Assembly (NCBI RefSeq): GCF_030144855.1
Contig: NC_082712.1
Span: 11,842,001-11,906,000 of the forward strand
DNA length: 64,000 nucleotides
Direction: 5' to 3'
Origin: Hypanus sabinus
Lineage: Eukaryota
Made by a program: the position numbers and the translations under genes. This document shows positions 1 to 11,254 of the stretch, piece by piece; position 1 is the first letter of the stretch; every line of letters starts with the position of its first letter. The notes under the pieces are model-generated. The model did no database searches. It worked only from the letters and a program-made list of their open reading frames with translations, and was not told the DNA's origin.

Positions 1-374
1 TTACCTGCAGTCGGATCTCACTCTGGATCACATGGTTAAATGGGGGTTTGACGTAGGATAAGTAATCATGCTTCCCTTTCCCGAATTCAGCCAGACGCAG
101 GTGGCTGTGACTGTCTCCCTCACTCAGCTGCTTTATCCTGATCAAGATGTTTCCTCCCTCTGGGTCCCTGACGAGCTTGTACTGAGTCAGTCGTTTTCTG
201 CTGCCCACGATCCATTTCCTCAGTGCCTGAAGGTGACGATGTATTGGTAGGGATCCTTCCTCATCCACGTCACCTTGTGTGCGGTGAGGCTCTGCCGAGG
301 CCGTGTGTACACACAGGGTAATGTGGCCGAAGCTCCCTCGGTTCCAGTCATCACAGAGACACTCTCATTGGGAG
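1..374 (-). pseudogene. Pseudogenized V-set Ig exon (Siglec-15/PILR-like paralog of 50622-51017); runs off the window start
   Basis: Aligns along its length to the intact exon at 50622-51017 (GASATLPCV..VTWMRKDPY..IVTFRH). Lesions: acceptor cctcAG changed to cctcAA (375-376), in-frame TGA after FRH, 1-nt deletion after ENG, and F-strand YLC changed to HLR. Confidence 0.9.
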
Positions 375-469
375 TTGAGGGAAGGACAGGCGATCTTCTG
401 TGAGTTATAAATATACATTCCTTATGGACTGTTTGTCCCACTCCCATCTTTCCTTTTTTACCATCCATC

Positions 470-1250
470 CTTTCCTGGGTCCCTTTAATCCAGTTCCCAC
501 TCCCCTATCAAGTTAGTTTAAACCCTCCCCAACGGCTCTAACGAACCTGCCCATGAGAATATTGGTCCCGTTCGAGTTCAGGTGAACTCATCAATTTTAT
601 GGAGGTCCTGCCTCCCCCAGAGGAGATCCCAATGACCTCAGAACCTCGTCCTGCCCCCTGGGCCCACTTCTCAGCCACACATTAATTTGCCAAAACATCT
701 TGTTTCTACCCTCAGTGGCCATGGTACAGGAAGCAATCCAGAAATTATTACCCTGGATGTCCTGCTTCTCAGCTTCTACCTCGCTCTCTAAATTCCCTTT
801 TCAGGACAACTTTGCATTTTGTTCCTATGCCATTGGTACCAATATGTACCAAGACATCTGGCTGCTCTCCCTCCCCCTCCAAAATGTTGCGGACGCAATC
901 TAAGATGTCCCTGACCCTGGCACCTGGGAGACAACGTACCATTCAGGCATCCCGTTCACATCCACAGAATTTTCTACCTGTTCTCCTGACTAATGAGTCC
1001 CCTATCACTACCACTGCCCTCTTTCCCTTCTGCACCACAGACCTATGCTCAGTGCCAGTAACCCGGTCTCCGTGGCATTCCCTGGGAAGTCCTGTGCCAT
1101 GACAGAATCCAAAACAGTGTACTTACTATTGAGGGGAATGGCCACAGGGGTGCTCTGCACCAACTGCCTATTCATATTTCCATTTCTCCTGACAGTCACC
1201 CAACTACTCACTTCCTGCAATCGAGGGGTGGCTACTTCCCTATAACTCTC
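470..1250 (-). mobile_element. CR1 LINE ORF1 fragment (SGNH-esterase region)
   Basis: Minus frames give NKYTVLDSV and GARVRDILDCVRNILEGEGEQPDVLVHIGTN, homologous to the intact CR1 ORF1 at 60595-61566. Confidence 0.8.
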
Positions 1251-1374
1251 GAACAAGAGAAAATCTGCAGATGCTAGAAATCCAAGAAATGCTCTCAAAA
1301 TGCTGGAGGAACTCAGCAGGACAGGCAGCTTCAATGAAAAAAAGTCCAGTTGACATTTTGGGCTCTTACTCTAT

Positions 1375-2050
1375 CCTGCAGCCACCTCATCAGGGATAGG
1401 GTTCCTCTTGTCCTCACCTACCACCCCACCAGCCTCTGCATCCAGCATATAATTCTCTGGAACTTCTGCCACCTCCAACAGGATCCCACAACCAAACATA
1501 CTTTTCCCTCTCCCCATCCCCCCCACTATCCAAAGGGATCAATCCCTGCATGACTCCATTGTCAATTCATCCATCCCCACGATCTCCCTCCTGACACTTA
1601 TCCTTACAAGCAGAAGCAGTGTTACACCTGTCCCTACACTTCCTCCCTCACTACCATTCAGGGCCCGAAACAGCCCTTCCAGGTGAGGCAACTGTGAGTC
1701 TGTTGGGGTCATATACGGTGTTTGCTGCTCCTGATGTGGCCCCCTATATAACCTGATGTAGACTGGGAGTCCGCTTTGCCGAGCACCTATGCTCCATCTA
1801 CCAGAAAAAGCAGGATCTCACAGTGACCACTTACTTTAATTCCACTGTGTCCATCCATGACCTCCTCCACTATTGCAATGAGACCACACCTAGATTGGAG
1901 GAACAACACCTTATATTCTGGTTGTATAGTCCCCGACCTGATAGCATGAACATTGTGCAGTGGCTCCCACCTACCCCCTCCTTCACTATTACCCATCCCC
2001 TTTTCCTTGCCTCACCTCATCTCCTTGCCTGCCCATTGCCTCCCTTTGAT
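1375..2050 (+). mobile_element. Penelope-like element 3' fragment (GIY-YIG region)
   Basis: RDRVPLVLTYHP and RLEEQHLIF motifs are shared with the Penelope ORF at 18526-19644. Confidence 0.85.
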
Positions 2051-2054
2051 GTTT

Positions 2055-3740
2055 CATGTTCTTGGATCATTGGGATCTCTTCTGGGGGAGGTATGACCTG
2101 TTCAAAAGAGACGGGTTGCACAGGAAAGAGGAAGAAGAGGACAGCAGTAGTGATAGGGGACTCATTGGTCAGGTGAACAGGTAGAACATTCTGTGGATGT
2201 GAACGGGATGCCTGAATGGTACGTTGTCTCCCAGGTGCCAGGGTCAGGGACATCTTAGATTGCGTCCGCAACATTTTGGAGGGGGAGGGAGAGCAGCCAG
2301 ATGTCTTGGTACATATTGGTACCAATGGCATAGGAACAAAATGTGAAAAGGAGGTCCTGAAAAGAAAATTTAGAGAGCTAGGTTAGAAATCTGGATTTCT
2401 GGATTAAATCTGGACCAAGACTACACATTGTATCAGACAGATAGGAAGGTAGGCAGAGGGGGTGGTGTGGCTCTGCTGGTAAAGAATGGCATCAAATCAG
2501 TAGAAAGATGTGAAATCGGATCAGAAGAATTTGAATCCTTGTGGGTTGAGTTAAGAAACTGCAAGGGTAAAAGGACCCTGATGGTACTTACATACAAGTT
2601 TCCCAACAGGAGCTTGGAGGTGGACAACAGATTACAATGGGAAATAGAAAGAGTATGTCAAAACAGTAATGTTATGTTTATCATGGGAGATTTCAACTTG
2701 CAGGTCGATTGGGAAAATCAGGTTGGTCATGGATCTCAAGAAAGTGAATTCGTTGAACACCTAAGAGATGGCTTTTTAGATCAGTTTGTCATTGAGCCTA
2801 ATAGGGGATCAGTTATACTGAACTTGATGTTTTGTAATGAACTGGAGGTGATAAGGGCGTTTAAGGTAAAAGAACTCCTCGGAGACAGTAATTACAATAT
2901 CATTAAGTTGAACTTGACATTTGATAGGGAGAAAGTAAAGTCTGATGTAGCAGTCTTTCAGTGGAGTAAAGTAAATTACAGTGGTATGAGAGAGGAGTGG
3001 GCCAAAGTAAAGTTAAAGAATTTGCTAGCAGGAATGACAGCAGAGCCGCAATGGTGGGAGTTCCTGGAAAAAGGAGGAAGGAGCAGGATAGATGTATTCC
3101 AAAAATGAAGAAATAGTCAAATGGAGAAATAGTACAAACATGGCTGACAAGGGAAGTCAAAGCTAATATAAAAGCAAAAGAGAGGACATACAACAAAGCA
3201 AAAATGTGTGGGAAGGCAGAAGATGGGGAAGCTTTTAAAACCCTACCAAGATCAACTGAAAGAATAGTTAGGAGGGAAAAGATGAAATGTGAAAGCAGGC
3301 AAGCAAACAATATCAAGGTGGATAGTGAAAGCTTTTTCAAATATGTAAAAATTAAAAGAGAGATGAGAGTAGATTTAGGACTGCTAGAAAATGAGGCTGG
3401 AGAAATAATAACGAGGGCTAAGGAGATGATTGATGAATCATCAGGCTTCACTGTGAAAGACACTCACAGTGTTCCAGATGTTGAAGGGTGTGAGGGAAAA
3501 GAAGTGGGTGCAGTTACTATTACAAGGGAGAACTTGCTTAAAAAGCTGAAAGACCTAAGGGTATATTAGTCACCTGGACCAGATGAACTGCACCCTAGGG
3601 TTCTGAAAGTGGTAACAGTCGAGATTCTGGAGGAATTTATAAGGATCTTTCAAATCAATGATTGGACTGGCATGGTGCCAGAGGACTGGAAAAATGCAAA
3701 TGTCACTACACTCTTTAAGAAAGGAGGAAGGCAGCAGAAA
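2055..3740 (+). mobile_element. Degenerate CR1 LINE (ORF1 end, APE endonuclease, linker)
   Basis: ORF 2428-3108 has GGGVALLV, WVEL, MGDFN and ILNLM APE motifs; downstream PGPDELHPRVLK-like and NVTTLFKKGG segments follow. Confidence 0.85.
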
Positions 3741-3744
3741 GGAA

Positions 3745-5125
3745 ACTCCCTATACAGACCATCTTGCTGGTGAACGTGCAGTCTCTGGTGAATAAAATCG
3801 ATGATCTCAGAGTTAGGGTACTGAATCAGAGGGACATTAGGATCGTGTGTGTCCTTTGTTTCACAGAATCCTGGTTAACCCTTTCCGTACTGGATGCAGC
3901 GATCCTGATTGATGGGTTTACTATACACTGTCAGGATAGATCTGTAGAGTGTCTCAAAAGCAGAGGTGGAGGAGTATGCCTCATGATGAACTCCTCTTGG
4001 TGCACAAATATATCAGTGCTGTCCCAATTCTGCTCACCAGACCCGGAATATCTAGTGGTTAAGTGTCGTCCATTTTAGCTACCACAGGAGTTCTCCTGGG
4101 TCATTTAGTTAGCAGTATACATTCCACCTCAGGCCAGTGTCAATCAGGCTTTAGATGATCTGGGCATGGGATTAACATGCATTATACAGCACATCCTAAT
4201 GCCTTCACCATCGTTTTGGGGGATTTTAACCAGGCCAGTCTAAAAAAAAAACTGGACTGGAGACCGAGATCTGTACCAACAAAACCAGTTCTGACACACG
4301 GAGGGCTATTTTAAGGGCAAAGAGACAATTTTGAATGAAGTTGGAGGTGACATTGGATGCACAGCAACTCTGGCAGGGTATGCAAGACATTACTTCCTGC
4401 AAAGCGAAACCCAAATAGCATGAATGGCCACGATGCCTCAGTACCAGATGAACTCAACACCTTCTAGGCCCACTTTGAAAGGGAGAACACAACTACAGCT
4501 GTGATGATCCCTGCTGCACCGGATGACCCTGTGACCTCTGACTCGGAGACCAGTATTAGGCTACCTTTAAAGAGGTTGAAACCTCGCAAGGCGGAAGGTC
4601 GGGAGCATTCAAGGACATTTTCAAACTCTCACTGCTACAGGCGGAAGTTCCCACTTGCTTCAAAAAGGCAACAATTATACCGGTGCCTAAGAAGAATAAT
4701 GTGAGCTGCCTTAATGACTATTGCCCAGTAGCACTCACATCAGCAGTGAAGAAATGCATTGAGAGGTTGGTCATGACTCGACTGAACTCCTGCCTCAGCA
4801 AGGAACTGGACCCACTGCAATTTGCCTATCACTACAATAGGTCAACAGCAGATGCAATCTCAATGGCTCTTCATACGGCCTTAGACCACTTGGACAATAC
4901 AAACACCGAAGTCAGGATGCTGTTCATCGACTACAGCTCAGCATTTAACACCATTATTTCAACACTCCTGATTGAGACACTGTCGAACCTGGGCCTCTGT
5001 ACCTCCCTCTGCAATTAGATCCTCGACTTTCTAACCAGAAGACCACAATCAGCGTGGGTTGGTGACAACATATCCTCCTCGCTCACATTCACTACTGGTG
5101 CACCTCAGGGGTGTGTGCTTAGCAC
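3745..5125 (+). mobile_element. Rex1/Babar-like LINE fragment (endonuclease start plus RT start)
   Basis: NVQSLVNKIDDLR..RDIRIVCVLCFTESWL and [38 protein letters not shown] motifs. Confidence 0.8.
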
Positions 5126-5419
5126 ACTGGTTGGATGATGCTTTTGTTGTTGCCTCTGAGTGAATGGGCAGTGGGGGTCTTTGGGACTCTGGGATTTTCA
5201 TTCTTTGGAGGCTTTCTTTCTGCGTCATGGACGTCTGCAAAGAGTAAGAATTTCAGGTTGGATAGAAACATAGAAAACTTGCAGCACAATACAGGCTCTT
5301 CAGCCCACAAAGTTGTCCTGACCATGTTGCTAATGTAGAAATTACTCGGGTTACCCATAGCCCTCTATTATATGTGGAATACATTCTCTGATATTAAATT
5401 CAACCATTAAACCATTGAA

Positions 5420-5560
5420 TCAGCAAGTCAGGCAGCATCTATGAAAGGAAGTCGACGTTTTGGGCCAAGATATTTCATCATGACTCAACTGCTTATTTCT
5501 TTCCATTGATGCTGCGAGACTTGCTGGGATCCACCAGAATTTGTATGTGTTGCTCTAGAT
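5420..5560. repeat. Head-to-head pair of Penelope terminal repeats with a degenerate hammerhead
   Basis: Minus 5449-5486 reads GAGTC ATGATGA AATATCTTGGCCC AAA ACGT C GACT, followed on plus by the ccattgatgctgc..ttgctg tail. Confidence 0.6.
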
Positions 5561-5979
5561 TTCCAGACTCCCTTTATTTATGATTTGGCATCATAAAATT
5601 GTTGCTACTTGAAAATATTTTGGGAGTCGGCCGCCTCTGCATTCGATGCTGGAGACAATTCTGTAATGTTCACTTCACTTGGAGATAGGGAAATTTAAAG
5701 TGTCTTCGGTGTGGTACCATGTGTGTCCCATGGCTGTGGCCAGAGGTCTTGGACATCACATTGAGTATGAACAACTAAATTGAAGGGTGAATCTGCTATT
5801 GGTACCCCACCCTGACACAATCTACAGGAAACTGCAAAGACAACCCGAGAGTCCTTCACCCACTCCTCAGTGCTTTGGACTTCTCATTCACTGCACTTTA
5901 CTTCCTGACCCTGAATTACTGACCTTTTTTCAGTTGCTGTAGGATATTGAGGAACTGTCAAACTGTTCTTACGACTCAC

Positions 5980-6088
5980 AAGAACCACAATGCTGACCAC
6001 TCAAAAGAAGAAGAGGTCGAACAGAGGGGAAAATTATTCTAAGAACTTAAGGGAACAACTGCAAAGTGTGCCTCAATGCACTCACCAT
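5980..6088 (-). pseudogene. Candidate disrupted leader exon for the V pseudo-exon at 1-374
   Basis: ATG at 6088, frame MVSALRHTLQLFP*VLRIIFPSVRPLLLLSGQHCGS, ending in phase 1 at T|GTGAGT. This matches the phase of the V exon, but the hydrophobic core is short. Confidence 0.2.
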
Positions 6089-6284
6089 ATCCTGTGTAAA
6101 ACAAACCTGCCCTGCCCTTTAAAGTGCACACCCTCCCCAACCAACACACATACACAAAGCTTAAGGTAGTGCTTGTGCTATTTGTAGCAATGGAGCAGTT
6201 TGGGAACAGTTTGTTCTCCTTCTCTGATGAAAGATGTGCTGGCATTTGGGGGGGGGGCAGAGGAGGGTGAGAAGAAAGATTCCA

Positions 6285-6725
6285 GGAGTGAAATGGTTAA
6301 CACATGAGAATCGTTTGACAGCTCTGGGCCTGTCCTCGCTGCAGCTTAGAAGAATGAGGGGACATCTCACTGAATCCTGTTGAATATTGAAAGCCTGAGA
6401 TAGAGTTGAAGTGGGGAGGATGTTTTTAATGTGGATGAGTCTAGGACCAGAGGGCATGAATCAGAATTGAGTGATTTCCATTTAGAACAGAGCTGAGGAG
6501 GAATATGGTTTGGCAGGTGGCAATGAATTGTGGAATTCATTGGCACTAACGGCTGCGTATGCCAAATCATTGAGTACATTTAAAGTTGAGGAGAATAGGT
6601 TATTGGTATCAGGGCATCAAAGGTTAGGGGAAGAAGGCAGAAGAGAGGGATACATTGGGATAATAAAATAATCATGATGGCATAGCAGGGGATAGTCGAT
6701 GGGTCGAATGGCCGAATTATTCTCT
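6285..6725 (+). mobile_element. CR1 3' end fragment
   Basis: agaagaatgaggggacatctcactgaa..gtggaattca..gggcatcaaagg..gatgggtcgaatggcc matches the CR1 3' ends elsewhere in the window. Confidence 0.7.
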
Positions 6726-8159
6726 TGTGTGTTATGGTCTTAACTACAAAAGCCTTTACAAACTCACTGCAAATTAAGTAATGTAACACACAGACAAGAA
6801 CATGACAATACCCGATCATACACACTTCCATATAGGGGAAGATGTACCACAGACATGAAAGTGCCAGATAATCAAACATTTCACAGTCAAAGGCATTTAG
6901 ATCACGTCTTCCCCATTCTGAATTTGTTCTGAGCAACAATTGAACCTTTCAAACATCTCTGCATTGGGCTGCTGCCACATGAGTGTTTGAAGGGGATTAA
7001 TTGAGCTGGAGGTCTGTAATTAGGGATGTTTCATAGGGTTTTCTGCTGGGACCTCTGCTGTTTGTGATGTACGTAAATGACCTGGATACAAATGCAGATT
7101 GGTGGGTTATTAAGTTTGGAGATGACACTAAGATTAGTGGATTGTGGATTGTGTAGCAAACTGGCAAAGAATACAATACGATATATATCAGTAGTAGGTC
7201 TGGACAAAGAAATCGCAGATGGAGTTTAACTCAGATAAATGTGGGGTTTTACATCTTGGTAGGGACATTGCAAGGAGACAATACACTGTCAGGCAAGACT
7301 GTCAACAGGTGCGCTTTGCACCTTGGACCCAGAGGAACACTGTTTCATTTGATTGTTTTCAAGTGCACCGGTGAATGACAATTGAATTTGAACAAACTCA
7401 TTAACATTTCACACTACAGCCACATGTCTCTCAATCCCATAGATCAGACGAAGGGCCTTCAATCACAGGTACTCTGCTGCTTCAAACACCTACACTTATC
7501 TTTGGTTAATCCCAGGCTCATGAACATGCCTGAAAGAAACTAATGACTCTAGTGCTGGGTTGGAATTTATGCCATGGGCCGTTAACATTAAGCAAGGGGT
7601 CCATGGACCCCAGGTTGAGAAACCATGCTCTATAATTTACATAGAAGACAACTGTCTTACTGATAGAGGAAACTTTATTCATGTTATTATTTAGAGATAC
7701 AGCAAAGTAACAAACCTGTGGCGCTTACATACACAAAAGTGACTAATTGCCCTCTCAACCCATACATCTTTGGAATGTGGGAGGTAACTGGTCCACCCAG
7801 AAGGAATCCATGCAGTCTTGGGATGAGCATACAGACTTATTACAGACAGTGGTGGGTAGTCGCTGGCACTGCTGTTGTCCCTGTGGCTGTGGGTATCCCA
7901 TGGGTGTTCTGTTTCCTTTCCGATGCACAAAGGATGCATGGGATGATTGGTTAATAAATTATCCTGAGTGCGTTTTGGAGGCAGTTAATGGGCATTTATG
8001 AGAGACAATTGGGGTACAAGAAAATAAAGAGGGAATGGAACAACTGGGACCACTCTGCTGGGAGCCAGCATAGTCCAATGGCTGGATGGTCTCCCTTGGA
8101 GTAATAAGCAATACCAAACAGTTCTTGATTTCAAGTACCGTCTGTAGATAGAGCTGAAC

Positions 8160-8800
8160 AATTCAATACAACACACACAAAATTCTGGAGGAACTCAGCA
8201 GGTCAGCCATCATCTACAGGAATAAACATTCGACATTTCAGGCCAAATCCCTTCATCAGGACTGCAAAGGATGGAGAGAAGCCTGAATAAACAATACAGG
8301 GAGTAAAATGAGTACAAATTAGAAGGAAATAATTGAAGCCAGTGGGTTGGGGAGGGGGGTTGATGTAAGAAGTAGGGAGATGATAAGTAGAAAAACCAAG
8401 GGGCTGGAGAAGAAAGGATCTTATAGGAAATTATAATGGAAGATGGGAAATGGGGAAGGACATTAGGACGGCTCCGGGGCAGTTTATAGGCAGGGGATGG
8501 GATGAAAAGAGCTAAGGGGGCAGTGTGGGGAATTGAAGAAGAGGGATGGGGAGGGGGATTAGCAGAAGTTGGAAATATCGATGTTATTGCTTTCAGCTTG
8601 AAAGCCATCCAAACTGAATATGGTGTGCTGCTCCTCAAATTGAGAGTGGCCTCATTGTGGCAGCAGGTGGGACCATGGACCAACGTGTCCGAATGGGAAT
8701 GGGGATTTTTGGATGGAACGAAGGTGGTTGATAAGAGAAACATTAAAAAGACAAACATAGTAACTGTTATGGATGGTTTTGGTAAGATGTTCCCAGTGTT
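8160..8800 (-). mobile_element. Penelope-like 3' end with terminal repeat
   Basis: Minus-strand CHNEATLNLRSST/AFKLK segment, a pyrimidine-rich 3' region and the ctgctgagttcctccag..tgtgtgt terminal repeat. Confidence 0.75.
8227..8264 (-). ncRNA. Minimal type I hammerhead ribozyme motif
   Basis: CAGTC-CTGATGA-AGGGATTTGGCCT-GAA-ATGT-C-GAATG: core intact, GUC cleavage triplet, stem I 4/5 paired. Confidence 0.6.
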
Positions 8801-9089
8801 TAAGTAGGTGCTTCCAAGCGAAACAATGGAAATAGATTAACTTATCACTACAGTTGTAGAGTCTGAAAGTGTCAGCACAAAAACTGACCCTTTGATCCAT
8901 CGAGTACACACCAAACTATTTGGGCTTGGCCCATCGATCCACACATGGTCCATTGTCCTCCATACCCCTTTCATCTATGTACGTATCCAAACTTCTCTTA
9001 AGAATTGTAGGCATTCTGTTCAGTAAAGAAATTATCCTGTGGGCCCACAACGTGCATGACAACCTGTTGCCTATCTATGCAGCCCATTC

Positions 9090-10665
9090 CAGCCCAATAG
9101 GTGCATATTGCTGAATATTTGCCAAAGAAGTGTTCAGTGTCCTGCCTAAATGGCTACTGTCCTGTTGCACTCATGTCCATTATCATGAAGTGTTTTGAGA
9201 GGCTTGTCATGAGGCGTATCAAAATCCTGCTGCCCCCCTCACTGAACCCCCTGCAGTTTGTGGACCTTCCCAACCGCTCGACAGACGACATCATTGCCAT
9301 CACCCTCCACCTGGCCCTAATCCACCTGGACAAAAAGGACACATACGTTCATACAACACACACAAAATGCTGGTGGAACACAGCAAGCCATGCCACATCT
9401 CTAAGGAGAAGGACTGTCAATATTTTGGGCTGAGACCCTCCTCACACATTCAAATGCCGTTCATAGACTTCAGTTCAGCATTCAACACAATCATCCCTCA
9501 GAAACTGATTGGAAAGCTGAGCCTACTGGACCAGAACACCTCCCTCTGCAACTGGATCCCAGACTTCCTGACTGGGAGACCTCAGTCAGTCCAGATTGGG
9601 AGCAGTATCTCCAACACCATCACATTGAGCACAGGGGCCCCCAGGGCTGTGTGCTCAGTCCACTGTTGTTCACTCTGCTGACCCACGACTGTGCTGCAAC
9701 ACACAGCTCAAGCCACATCATCAAGTTCGCCGATGACATGACCGTGGTGGGTCTCATCAGCAAGAACAATGAGTCAGCTTACAGAGAGGAGGTGCAGCAG
9801 CTAACGGACTGGTGCAGAGTCAACAACCTGTCTCTTAATGTGAACAAAACAAAAGAGATGGTTGTTGACTTCAGGAGGGCACAGAGCAACCAATCCCCGC
9901 TGAACATCAACGGCTCCTCGGTAGAGATCGTAAAGAGCACCAAATTTCTTGGTGTTCACCTGACAGAGAATCTCACCTGGTCCCTCAACACCAGCTCCAT
10001 AGCAAAGAAAGCCCAGCAGCATCTCTACTTTTTGTGAAGGCTGAGGAAAGTCCATCTCCCAGCCCCCATTCTCATCACATTCTACAGGGGTTGTATTGAG
10101 AGCGCCCTGAGCAGCTGCATCACTGCCTGGTTCGGAAATTGCACCATCTCGGAACACAAGACCCTGCAGCGGATAGTGAGGTCAGCTGAGATCATCGGGG
10201 TCTCTCACCGCCATTATGGGCATTTACTGTACACGCTGCATCCGCAAAGTAACAGCATTATGAAGGATCTCACACACCCCTCATACAAACTCTTCTCCCT
10301 CCTGCCGTCTGGGAAAAGGCACCAAAGCATTCGGGCTCTCATGACCAGACTATGTAACAGTTTCTTCCCCCAAGCTATCAGACTCCTCAATACCCAGAGC
10401 CTGGACTGACACCTTATTGTCCTATTGTCTTGTTTATTATTCATTGTAATGCCGGCACTGTTTTGTGCACTTTATGCAGTCCTGTGTAGGTCTGTAGTGT
10501 AGTGTAGTTTTTTTTCTGTGTTGTATTTTACGTAGTTCAGTCTAGTTTTTGTACTGTATCATGTAACAGCATGGTCCTGAAAAAAACATTGTCTCATTTT
10601 TCCTATGTAGTGTACCAGCAGTTATGGTCGAAATGACAATAAAAAATGACTTGACATGACTTGAT
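9090..10665 (+). mobile_element. Rex1/Babar-like LINE, 5'-truncated RT and 3' end, with a Penelope-repeat fragment at ~9350-9440
   Basis: [47 protein letters not shown] and FLGVHL RT motifs; 3' tail with AATAAA and gacttga repeats. Confidence 0.85.
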
Positions 10666-11254
10666 ATCTTTCTACGCCTTGCCTATCTAGGTACCTGTGT
10701 CAATGCATCAAACACATTCCAGAGATTAAACAGTCCATGTGTAAATTTTGGTTCATGCAAAAACCCTTTCTCACTCTCACTCTATTAGCTCATATTGTAT
10801 TATCTTCTGTGTAACGTCTGTTGGAAATTGGAAACACTCCGACAAACAGCAGATCGAAACTTCATCAATAATTGGCAGTCAGAGAAGATCTGTTTTCTCT
10901 AATAATGATGAGAGGAAATACCAATGCCCATGAATGTAAAACCGACAAAGTGTGTTGTATACAGTCCTGTCCGTCACACGCAACGTCCTCCCCACCATTG
11001 AGCACATTTAAAAGCAGCACTGCCACAAGAAAGCAGCACCCATCATTTAGGGCACCCACCATCCAGCCCACTCTCCCTTCTCTCTTGCTGCTATCAGGAA
11101 GAAGATAAATGCCCCTTAGGTTGAGGAAGAGTTATTACACTTCAGTCATCAGGTTTCTGAAATAGTGTGGATGACTTCACCTGCCTCAGCACAAAACTGA
11201 TCACTGAACACAGCTCGTGAACTCAGTTTCAAGGATTCTGCAACTTACATTCTT

